From the NCBI GenBank assembly GCA_048013815.1, contig CM106586.1, positions 4,774,001 to 4,838,000 on the forward strand: 64,000 bases of DNA, given 5' to 3'. Below are positions 13,840 through 25,998 of the stretch, piece after piece. The notes beneath the pieces are model-generated. The model did no database searches and had not been told where the DNA came from. It saw nothing but the letters and a program-made list of their open reading frames with translations. The position numbers and the translations under genes were made by a program. Within the stretch, counting starts at the first letter, position 1. The number at the start of each line of letters is the position of its first letter. Origin of the DNA: Setoptus koraiensis (lineage: Eukaryota; Animalia; Arthropoda).

Positions 13840-16800
13840 TGACGGCAATGAGCAACATTGTGACAAAAATGACGACCACGATATGACAAGAGCCGTGCAA
13901 GCAACTTAACTGGAGCAAGCACCTGTCCGCCGTTATACATATATGTTGCTAGTTGTAGTATAACAACAATACTACAATACACAATTATTTGTTGGCCACA
14001 ATAATGACACAACAATGCCCAAACACTGTCCTCCGCCTTCGGTTCGCGACCGCCATCTGGTGGACATTCCCACCAATGAATTGTTGCCAGTCTTGGCCGG
14101 CCACTGTCGGCCGCAAACAGTTGGCCGGTCGTTGCTGGCCAGTCGTAGTAGGCCAGCCATAGTTGGCCAGCACAAGGCTGTAAGTGGCCACTTTTAGCTC
14201 CATTGTCAGCCAATTAATCACAATCTAAATGACAAAAATTGGCATTAGAGGGGCCAAATGAAGTGCCAATTGACAAACTGTTCAGCGAGTGTCGATACAT
14301 TCAATTAGATCCGAACGATATTGAGCTAACCTAGTTTCCTAGCCACACCCGAACGTAATGATCGCAAATCGAAATTGACACATTGTGCCCATACTTGTGT
14401 GGCGGCTGCAGTTCACCAAAAAACCGTTCGAGGTCGCTTTTTGTACGTTCACGTCGTGCGAAACAGATCAAATGAGCGATAGATAACAAATCAACAAGAA
14501 AAAAATAAAAAGAAATGTATCATTTATCGAGACACCTCAGGCTTTTTGGTGCATTTTCAAGCTGATGCGAGCGCCCCTCGCGTCTCACTCTTGAACTGTA
14601 GTGGCCACAAGTATTGGGTTAAATTGCGTTGCACAATAAACACTGTACTGTAACTGGTGCCTCTGCGAACGAGCCCAATAATGCCTCATCTCCGGCCCGA
14701 TAATTCATTTTGCGACTCGCTTCATTCGTGTCCGTATCGGTGGTGCGTTCTTTTGGGGAGCCCACAAAAGTATGATGGGCGAGTTGGTTGGTTGGCGCAC
14801 GGGAGGTGGCCGCACTTTGACCAATCAATTTGGGGTGTGACAAACTGACCGACAACCTAACAATAAACATTCAGGGCAATTATAGCGGATATATGAGCCG
14901 AGCGGTGTTCACGCCCACCTTCGATGACGGGATTATTGAATTAGGCCCCCCCAACTTCCTGTGCGAGGCTGGCTTCGCTTTGCTGTTGAGTGACTGTGAA
15001 TTGTGTGGGCCTCCGTTATGGACTTTATTTTTTTATTTTTATTTCATATACCCGCCTGGACAATGGCAGAACAAATATTATTATCACTGTTATTATTATT
15101 GTAAAAAACATACAAACAAGCGTGTGTGTGTGTGCGCACGCGAGGCATTAGATTGGGGCCTTGGTCTCAATTGGGGTCAAGCACGGATGAAAAGATAATG
15201 CTTGCGGCTGGAATTGAGTTTATAATAGACTGTATGCCGTAATACCACCAGACACTGGCGATGGCGATGTTGCGCCGGACAATCATAAAGTCGGTCACGG
15301 CTTGCGCCAGGACCAACCTTTGTAATGGCCGGATATATATCTAATCTATCTATAGAGAGATATATGAGTCAAGCGCTTGGCCCCGCTTGCTGGCGGTGGC
15401 ACTGTTATAGCATTAATAAAAGATAAAGATATTCTTGAGCGGAGGCTTTGGCATTGGCTCAAGAAATTGGCGAATCACTTGAAAAAAAAAACTTATTCTT
15501 TACTGCTATTTTTCGCTCGCTTGCCTGCTTGATTATTACATTACAACAACTGGCCGCCAGGTTAAAGTGGTCAGAATTTGTTGGGCACTATAAATAGAAG
15601 TGCACTCGAGTGGCACTTGTGTGTCGGGGGGGGGGGGCCATCGACTGTATCATTAATGTGGAGTCGTTGATGTGGACGCTCGCTGGCTGGCAAGCCGCGA
15701 GTGGCGCCACTGTCGCTACTCTCATCACTCTCACCACTGGCGAAATGTATGTATCTGGCAGACTTGTGTCACATATAGATATATAAGATAATAATAAGAA
15801 AAGTTAATAGCGATAAACGAGCAGAGTGAGCATGAAATAAAATGCCACCCACAGTCACAATGCGACAGGTAGTCGCGAGGGCAAGTTGTCAGCTGGTGAC
15901 GAGTGGGGGCCAGAGGACGCGCGAGGCGACAAAAAGAATGGGCGATTCGCGCAAGTAAAAATAAAAAAAAATTTATGCGCCTACCACGTACGATTACGTA
16001 ATCTGTGCCCGTTTGTTGTGGTGTCGACGCGAGCAGCGTTGTGTGGCTCGAGAGAGCGAGAGACATTGGCAGATTTGAACAGCGTGGCACAGTGCGCTCT
16101 AATGTTATCACCTGTTCTTGTTGTGTAAAAAAGAAGAAGAAGAGGCTCCTGCCAAGGAGATTGCTTTTGCGGGGGCCCCGCTGCATTTGCATTGAGCCGG
16201 TCGGTGGGGCTCGCGCTGGCGAGCTGGCCGGCTGTGGCGAGGCCCGAGCGGGGGCTGGGAATGGAAATGAAGATTGAGTCGGATAATATAGAGTGATCAT
16301 AGACACACACTGGCGACGCATTAAACTGGAGACGGATCAAATGGGGTCCTCTGCACAGTGTCGCTGCTGTATCGCTCTTTCACAGATTGGCTGGCCGGCC
16401 GGCCGGCCATTATGCGCGCGGGGTGCCCGCTGCCCAGTTGACTCCTTTTGGCTCTTTCTGGGGCTCCTTGTGAGGCTCTTTTGGGGCTCTTTGTGGGGCT
16501 CTTTTGGGCTCTTTTTGGGGGCGCTGGCTCGGCGGCTCGGCGGCTCGGCAACTCGGCAACTCGGCGGCTTGTTGGCTTGTCGGCTGGCGAACAATGGCGC
16601 GCAAACCGGACGAACGACGACGTGCATGACCATGGCAAATCCGCAAGTAATCTGACTTCCTTTTTTGTGGTTGCCTTTGTCCACTTCCGACTAACTCCTT
16701 TCATCATTACCACCACGGCAACAATATCGAGCTGGCTGGCTTATAGCGACACTATCGCTACAAGCAACTCATGCAGTCGCATGAATGAGGCGCCTGGCCA

Positions 16801-19800
16801 GAATCGCCTTTGTCGACAATCGACACTAAAAGATGCTGGCGCTGAAATATCCGCTCTAGCTGGCGCTGTCAGATATCAATAGTAGCAATAATAATACTTA
16901 AAGTAATAGCCAGAGATAGATAAATTGCCAGCACTCGCACAGCCAGTGCTGGCGAGCGCCGGCATAGAGGCCCTTTGGCCATTACTCTTGCACTATTTCA
17001 CTACCGGCCAGAAAAGAGCGAGATACAGAGAGAGGCGCCTCAATCTGGACCCAAATATCTGGCGCAATACTGCGCCGACAGTGACAACTCTCAATGACTC
17101 ACTGCCACATCTGGCCACGGCTGACAATCGCGGCCCGGCTCACAATTTCTCAGCCAATAACAACAATCGCGCCAGCAATATCTACTCTGGCCGCCATGGC
17201 CGCAATTCAATTGGGCGCTGGCCAAATCTTTTTATGGTTAGCTCATTGGCGAGATATCTCAAACTGTCAATTTATAAAAATAAGATAAATTATTTGCCAG
17301 TGGCCATAACGCACGGGCACACACACGGGCAGGGGCCGGCTATGGGCTCATGATGTAATTAATTGGCTCGGGCGAGCCGCTCGATCGATATCGCGAGCGC
17401 TTGTTTGTATGATAACCAGTGAGCCAGTGCGGTTTGTTTTGGGCCATTTGGGTCGCTACAATATTATACAATTTATGTATGTATTATTTGTACATTATGC
17501 AATGGAAGAGATAAGCAGAGATCGATCATCATCAGCGATTATGTGTGTAAGCGATTTGGTGCGATTGTAAGTGGCCACTCGTGTGCATTGCCGGCCACCG
17601 ATTAGCGGCCGCACATTGTCATTTTGGGCATTTTCGCTTAATTTCTATTTTTATTTGTATTCGTATTTGTATTAATATTCCCATTTTTATAAATATTTTT
17701 CTGTGGATATTGAGTGCGCGATATCAACGCGCGCCAATGCACCAATCATAACGCACACGAGCCGTCTCGCCAGCCGCTGAATGGGGCCCAATGAATGTTT
17801 CTGTTTATGCCCCATGAATTAGCTAGATGCTGGCCGGCACAGCCAGCGATATAAGCGAGCGTTGATGCGCAACTTGGCATGATCATTTGCAGTGGTGAGA
17901 TGTGCGCATAGGTAAACAGACGAGTTACCAGCACCAATAACGCGCGTTACATAATAATTGTTACACAATATTCATGACGGCAACGTTGCGTGAATTAGTG
18001 GCGCACTTGAAGTCGCCACATTTGCGCCAACAACAACAACAGCAGCAGCAACAACAATTGCGTAATGCGCTTTGCCATGTTGTTGCTGCTGGTGCGTGGC
18101 TAGACAAGTGTGACGCTCGCATCTGAAAGTTGATGTTGTTGTCACCGCGATGATGATCGCATCACCGTTGCTTGCACCAACCCGCCACCAGGTGAAATGG
18201 GACTATATCAAGACATGTTGGTATATAGCGGTTTGTATTGGCATGTAACGGGCCGGCCTTGTTGGCGACACGTTCCGGTGCCAAAAATCAATTCGGCGCC
18301 ACTAGCGGCCAACAGCCAACACTAACGCACGCAGTGAGTGTGCGTGCCGCTAAGCATGACAAAAATAATCAATATTGATTATATAATTGCGATTATGTAT
18401 TATGTAATAATGAGGCGCTGTAATACCACTGTAATACCGATAATGAATATGCATGCATCATTGACAAGTAGTTGTGGCAGCAGCAGAAGCAGCAGCGCGT
18501 TCTAGTGGCGTTACAGACCGGAAACAGAACAAGCCACCAACATGCACTGACCATATTGCACCCACTGTGTCCATGTGCCCCACACGTATAATCCCGGCGT
18601 GTAACGGCCCCGTGTCTATGGCGTGTCGCTGGCGACTTGCAAGTCGCCAGTGGCGCCACCAGTCAACTAATCAAGCCAAAAGTGCAACACTTATACATAA
18701 TAAGCAGCGGATTACGTAATCTTGTGAGCTGTGCAATTTTCGCTAGGTGTTACTTGTGTGTGCGCCGGCAAGGTGCCAGCAGGCAGCGAGCCAAAGTCGA
18801 AATTGTCAACCGACCATTAGCCACTGGTTGTTGCATCATGTGAGAGAGGCGCACACAGTGAGTCACAGTGTGTCACAGTGATACACAGTTACGTAACGGG
18901 CAAAATACAGAGATTGTGTGCCGATGCTCGATGCTCGATGATTGGAAGCTGTTACATAAGCACGCAATCATAAATACATAATATACACACATACGTTCAC
19001 CTGTGCACACCGTTATACACGCCGTTATACACCGTTATACATGCCGTTATACGGCTGAGTGGGGCCGATATCCTGTGCGCGCGAGATTGATTATTGCGAT
19101 CAACAACAATTTGTCGATAAGTCGCGCTAGTCGCGACACCCAATTCGCCATTCGTACATAATTCAATGGGGCCCCCATTGGAGGCCGCTGCGAATCACTC
19201 TCAATCTAAATCACTTGCCCGACAGCGCGCTCTCATCATCGTGTCGCACGGGGCCGCCGGGGGAGTGGCCAGCAGTGGCGAGCGAGCCGAAGCGCCGGTC
19301 AGGCGGACCAGCCGCATTATTAGTGGCTAATATACCGGGTATATTAGCGACTATTTATCAGCACACAATAATTTGGCCCGTTTTGTCCATGACCCTGCCT
19401 GGCGTGTTTGAGGCACATGTGCGCCCGGGTTGCGGGTCGCGGGTCGCGGGTCGCGGATATCGGATCCGGGATCTCGGATCTCGAATGGCACTATATATAG
19501 ATATTAGCGGCGGGGCCCGCGGCTGTCGAGTGCGTCACATAACGCGCAGCCACATATAAAGAGACGCGTAAAGAGACGCGTAAAGAGACGTATAACGAGA
19601 CGTATAACGAGACGTATAAAGAGATACATAGAGATAGAGTGGCTCATCTAATTGCAATTTTAATGCGACCCGCCAGCCCATAGGGCACATTGGCGACACA
19701 AAAATCGCATTATCAATCGCGATGTGTCGGCATGGATACGCGAAACGTGCGCGAAACGGCCCCATTGAAACCGGTTGGCACCGGTAACTAGTTAATTATT

Positions 19801-20727
19801 GATAAGTTTGCTCGTTGTTTCTATTGAAGTACAAAAGGCACCAGCGGAAATACCATTGCTGGCCAGCCAGCCAGCGAAATGACTAATAAATGATAATGAT
19901 TTGTGGTGCCAGCCAAGCCGATCCCGCTGGCCAGGCTGGCCAGTGCGGCTAAGTGGCGCAAATGGCCTGGTAAGTGGTCTGGCGACCGGCCCACCGATCA
20001 TGTCCACTTACCGCTTACCGCGCGGGTGCATGCTGACCTTCCATTTGTCCATTTGCCCATTTGTCCATTTGCCCATTTGTCCGTTCGTCCGCTCGTCCGC
20101 TCGCCCGTTCGTCCGTTTGTGCAATCAAGGCAGCCCATCAAAGCGGGCGCTAACCGAAGCCGGGGCCCCAAAATGATAAATAAAATAGCTGAGCGCACAT
20201 TGCTGATATAGGCATGAAAAGAGAAAAAAATCATTCAATGCGCCATTGGTTCGTTTTAACATTGGCGGACATTGGCGCCATTGGAGGGTGCCGGCACGAG
20301 GCCGCCAGCACGCACACGAGAATACAAAATCTGTTTGGCTTTTAATTGAACGTATCAAACGTTTACGAGTTTAATTAAAGCGCCGCCAGGCTGACGTGAC
20401 AATCATTATGGGGCCGATATCTTATATATTTTGTTTTGTATAATATTTGTATCGTGGCCATCGACCATTATTGGCACCATTGGCCGCCAGGTGAGCGACT
20501 AGTGGTTGACTAGTGACACGCTTCTATTATTATCTATTATTATTCTAGTGTTACCACTGGTCAGCAGCTACCTGTTGTGTGGGGCACCGATATGCACCGA
20601 TATTGCACAAAATGATGACTAGTGCAACAAATGTAGCCATGTCAGCTGACAGGTGACATTTGACACTAACAACGTTTTACGCCAATCGAGTACTGAGATG
20701 AAGAGATAAATGGGTCAACGAGGGGCC

Positions 20728-20787
20728 CCAATATAACCCAATGTAACCCAATGTAACCCAATGTAACCCAATGTAACCCAATGTAAC
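20728..20787. repeat. 10-bp-unit minisatellite (CCAATGTAAC)x6
   Basis: Direct tandem units. Confidence 0.95.
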
Positions 20788-22797
20788 GCATAACAAGCGT
20801 GTGTATTGAATCTGATCAATGTTGGTGGCTGGATTTGCGCTGTCGAGTTGGCGACAACGCAAAACAAAGACAACGCGCGCACTAATAACAATAACAATAA
20901 TCAGTATATCTGAATTAGTTGCGTCCGTAAATGTCTGCCATGTCAGACCCACGCGCGAGGGCATAAAAGCGAATGGGGCCCGCTTGTTATCTTGTAATGT
21001 GGCTTGTTGGCGCCTCGAGAGAGGCAGAGCGAGAGAGTGTTGCCGCGACAAGTGCCACTATTCAGCCATTATATGGGGCGCCGCTGTTGTTGTTGTTGTA
21101 GCTCGATTATTATATTTTCTTTGCGTCTACTTGGCCGTATTATGGCTGTTGTTGCAACACAAACACACTGGTTAGGCTCGTACAACACAAGAGATAATAG
21201 AAGGGGCAACATTGTTGGAGAACATCTTTGCACAGTGTTGTTTGTGCGCCAAGAGAGGGATAAAAATAACGAGAGTGAGAGAGAGAGCGAAAAACAAACT
21301 CATGGGCCCACTCTTGACACCGATGCAACATTACGTAACATTTACCGGCGACACATTTATCACTGGCTACACCTGTTTATAATCTTGATTATTGCGTAGC
21401 TACGGCCGCCGCGGCTTATTTGTGCCGCCGCTAATACATGCCAATACAACGCATGATACGGGGGGCCCCGACCATGAGTCGCTGCTGCACGCGTTTGCAC
21501 GTGTCGGCGCAAACAGCTTGTCGCTCGCTGCCATCTTATCGCTGTTCCGTTGCCTTTCGTTATTGTGGGCCCCAACGCTCAGCCGGCTGGCTATGCAAAA
21601 TCTGTTGTTTCGTCGCTATTCAATTCAATTCGCGATAGGCGCATATTTTCCGTAGCACACGCGCGGATAAATAGTGCAAAATATCCAATACCAAAAACAA
21701 CACAATGTGTGTGAATATCGCCAACAATCTCGCCTCTCGAGCTTGGCCAAAATGCCAAAATGGCTACGCCCACGTGCGATCTTAAAATAGACGCAAACAA
21801 TGTGCTAGAGATAGGTGGCGACACGGATGTGGCAGCGGATAAAAGTGTGATCATTAGTGGCGCTAACAAACGGCCTCAGCACGGCATCAGGCCCAATGTG
21901 AATTTTTGCCACAAATTTTGCTACGAGGCCAGCGGCAACGCTCGCCACATTTCGCTGCCCACGCAGCCAAATTCGAGCCCCACAAACTGGGCACCGAATG
22001 GCCAATTTCGAGTGGCTCCGTCGGGTGAGACTCTCACCGTGAGAGGCTGGCGCAGAGCTGGCTGCATCCATCACGGGCGGCGCTTTTCGCTGCTTTCCGG
22101 TTTGAGGCCGGCAAGCCAACGGCTGCATCGCGCTAAAGCTGACCCCGTCTGTGCAACGGGGTTGCCAAGGTTTCCAAGGTTGCTGGCCACGGTGCTCCAG
22201 CGCGCCCTGTGAGCCCTGCGAGCCGTGTGAGCCGTGTGAGGGCAATGGGGGCCCCAGTGGCGGCCAGAATGTTTGTGATCGATCACTTGTGTGTGTGTGT
22301 GTGTGTTGTTTGAGTGTGTCAACAAATTGAAACAAACACACACACGGCGGCGGCCAAAATGAGCAACGCTGGCCCCAATTGCATGATTGGGGCCAGCTCT
22401 AACCGTGCAATCATCTGGCCACTGCTCGTGCTGGCCTCACTTTGGAGCTCGCCGGGGACCGGCGCCGGCCAGACGCTATGGGCCATGGGCTCATTGGGGC
22501 CGGCTCACCTAAGCAAATAGACACACGGATGGCAAACAATGCTGACGATGATGAACATTATTATTAGCATTGCCGCTGCACGCGGCAGCCAGGCCAATCG
22601 CACTGCTATTATAACACACTGGCAAGACAACAATACACCTATATCTATATTACACCTGTCCACTTGGCCGTGGCTGGCCCCGCAAGGCGCGCCCACAAGT
22701 AAGTGGGCAGCCGATGCCAACTCTGCCCCGCAATTGCTGGCCGAGTATTGCCACTGTCAGTGGTGCCAGTGGCAATACTCGGCTCGCCACAATTGGC

Positions 22798-22893
22798 CAG
22801 TTCTGGCCAGAACTGACCAGAACTGACCAGAACTGGCCAGAACTGACCAGAACTGGCCAGAACTGACCAGAACTGACCAGAACTGGCCAGAAT
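22798..22893. repeat. 10-bp-unit minisatellite (CCAGAACTGR)n starting at an 18-bp palindrome
   Basis: CAGTTCTGGCCAGAACTG palindrome at 22798-22815, then ccagaactga/ccagaactgg units. Confidence 0.9.
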
Positions 22894-25752
22894 TGGGGCC
22901 CGATTGGCGCAAGTTGGGTGGCGCAATTGGGCCCAATTAGCCGAGTGCTGCACTGGCTGGCTGGCCGACTGCCCTCTAGTGGCCAGTGGGCTCACTAGAA
23001 CTGGCCCTCACAAGTGTCAGCAACACAATTGCTGACAACGCCGTGGCTCTCAAGTGCTGTGTAGGTCAGGTGACTTGAGCCGACAAGCTCAGGTATGGCG
23101 AGTGTATTGTTGTCAATCAGCTGTTCGGCTTGTTGGCCTCTTGACGGGCCTGGCGAGCGCGCATTTATCGGGCCAAACAAGCTTGCGAGTGGCCGACGGC
23201 AAGACGCGATGACGAATGTTCGAGCGAGTTTCGAGCCGCTCGAGCTACTACACTTGCAACAATGCAAGCCAAACGATGATGCGATGATGTAATAAGGGGC
23301 CCGTTGTTGGTTTTCGCTGGCAGTTGTCGCTGTTGCTTGTTGACGCCAATATATACGACGATATGCGGCCATATACGATACTATTTGACCACGTACCACT
23401 GTTTGGCTTATCGCTCAACGCGTGCATATAGCGCGTGCTGTATGGGCAATGGACGATAACAATGGCTTGTCGTCCATTGGTTGGTGTGCCCAAGCCAGCC
23501 GAAGCAGCTCGCCAGCACACAAACAAACAGATAACGATTATCATTTGTGGATCAGTTTGCCGCAATTAGTTACATAAGTAGTTACATAACGGCCGACAGG
23601 GGCAGCTTACAGTCGCATTGTGAACGACACACTTGCCGACAGAGTGTGATTTTTGGTTTTTTACACAAACATTAATGGATGCTCGCTCACATTCCCCGTC
23701 AGTATAGTCAGAGTAATAGCATAATATAATACTGGCCAGATATATAGCAGCAGCAGCCGGTATGTGGCTAGTAGCGGCTAGTATCCCCCTGCTGGCCAGC
23801 GCAAAAACGAAATGGGGCCCCAGCTAATAATGAAAGCTCTCGCTCTTTTATATAACGTATAAGCGGATCAGACTGTGGTCATCAGAGACAAGTAAACACT
23901 TGACTGTTATTAGTGACGCCACCTACAGAGTGATACATCAATTGAGCAGTGTTATTTAAGCCGGCCAGCTACACTGTATCTGTGGAGCAATTGCGGGCCA
24001 CTGGCACGCTCGCCGGGTACAGTCGCCGGGCCGAGTCGCCGGGCCGAGTCGCCGGGTAGGCTGACCAGGTAGGCTGGCAACTGGTAGCTCGTTGTGTGAG
24101 GCGCAAGTTGTAAGTGATTGTGGATTATATCGTCATCTCATCTCGTTTCATGTAACCGTCATAGAGAGTGTGATATTATTGTCTTTATTTGTTGTTGTTG
24201 CTGCTGGCCGCCACGTCTTATAATTGTGTTATATTGCATTATAAGACCAACTGGGTTGTCTATTATTATTACTATTATTATACACATTACGCACATTACG
24301 TAATACACTACTGATACTGATTGAACTAACGAGTGAGCGACTAACTGGCTCGCTGGCTGCCAGTGTCAGCCAGCGTGTCAACATGAGCCTGTGACGCAAC
24401 CCGCTTGATTTGCCTAACTAACTTTGCCTGCCACTGGCCAACAAATAACTAACTCACCTGTCGCATTACTGGCGAGCTTATCGCTGGCGCTGATTGAAAT
24501 TGGAAATGCCCAAAATTGGACGCTGGCTTGTTTTTGTCGTCTGTTTGTTGGGGCCCAACCACAGACAAACCGTGCCAATATCAGCAAGTTAATTGAGGCC
24601 GCGCACGCTGCCAGTGATCCATCAATGCATATATCCATATATTGCCATATATTGCCATATATTGCCATATATTGCTATATGTGCACACAAATGTATACAC
24701 CCGAAATGCATCGATTGGTATTAAGCTCCGCACAAATCCCCTCGTTGTTGCGCTGTCTCGTGTGGGGCATAATTTGGCCGCTGGTTTGCTCTCTGGCCGC
24801 CACAACTACATTATGTATTTCTGTTTATCCGTATATCTGTCGTTTGTAGAGAGTAGATAGTAGATTCATATATACACAGCGCGTATATTTGAATAGCTCA
24901 CTGGTCAATGGCAATAAACTCGTGTCAAACTGATTGATCAGTGGCCAGATTACTATGGCACATTGTATAATGATACACAAACAGATCGACCGAGCAGATA
25001 GCGCCTAGCGGCCATTACTGGCTATTAGTGGCTTGGCATGTTGCAAGTTATAGCAACTACCAGTTAGTCACACACAATTACTTTTACTCTAACTTATTTA
25101 TTAGTTACATAATCGTGCCAGTATCACTACTAGTACTACTAGTACGATGGCATTAGTTGGCATGCACACTCGCTTGGCGCTATCTACCGGTAAATCTCAT
25201 CATCATGGCTACATATTCATTATCATACCCGAGCTAGAGCGTACCTGTGCCAGCGCACTTGCAAATTGAAATCGCTTATCTAACGAACCGATCAAGCCAA
25301 TCGATCACATTTGATTTATCGCGGGTCCACTCATTGACCTCATATATTCTCATCTTTCCACTGTCTACTGCGAGCGAAATTGGCCCCATTTTGCCAGTAT
25401 CGTCTCGACAGACGATCACAAAATCCTTGCCTCTAGCAGACTGTACTGTACAGTAGGCAATAGGACAAATTAGGATAAATTAATAATGTATTACCTGTGC
25501 GTTGCAACGTGATGCAACGTTGCTCAAATTGCTGCTGATAAACTAATCTCTCTCTATGTTTGTTTTGTTTATTCTCGTGCCCATCACACGTTCACGCGCC
25601 AATATAATAATATTGACAATATTCATGTGAATATTCACACATATTCACAAATTTAATTCAATTTCAAATTCATGGATTCATCGCGTAATTGCATTCATTG
25701 CAATTGTTATGGCATCACAAATGGCCTCTAACTCGCAAATGGCAACTAACAG

Positions 25753-25998
25753 CGGATTGCAGTTTCCTATTGGCTAATGCACAAATAGTCGATTATCCCA
25801 TTGTGTACTGCTCAGAGACTTTTTGCAAAATATCTGGCTACAACAGGGCCGAGGTGATGCAAAAATCTTGTCGCTGCAGTTTCATGTATGGCGAGCTAAC
25901 GGACAAACAAACCATAACGCAAGTGGAGCAAGCATTGGACCAGCATGCGATGGAACAATTTGAGATATTGTTGTACAAGAAGCAAAATCCGCAAAATC
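25753..25998 (+). CDS. eag: Eag K+ channel, first traceable coding exon (PAS domain, N-terminal half)
   Basis: Encodes [50 protein letters not shown]...EILLYKK, matching the Eag PAS domain. Acceptor ctaacAG at 25751-52, donor GTAAGT at 25999, phase 1/1. Confidence 0.95.

Noticed and set aside
21404-21430. GRRGLFVPP, resembling the Eag N-terminal GRRGLVAP
   Set aside because: No upstream ATG (stop four codons earlier), no QNTFLENI continuation and no suitable donor.
9071-21869. Scattered minus-strand hydrophobic ORF pieces (9071-9403, 12139-12363, 17746-17937, 21591-21869) that look like MFS transporter helices
   Set aside because: No diagnostic motif, no consistent splice chain, and one piece depends on a homopolymer run.
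21760-22024. ATG-started ORF ending at a phase-1 GTGAGA donor, possible eag first exon
   Set aside because: No similarity to the PAS-cap; such ATG-donor pairs arise by chance in 25 kb.
22539-22698. ATG-started ORF with WLAPQ ending at a phase-1 GTAAGT donor, possible eag first exon
   Set aside because: Only a 3-4 residue match and the amphipathic cap helix is missing; not supportable without cDNA.
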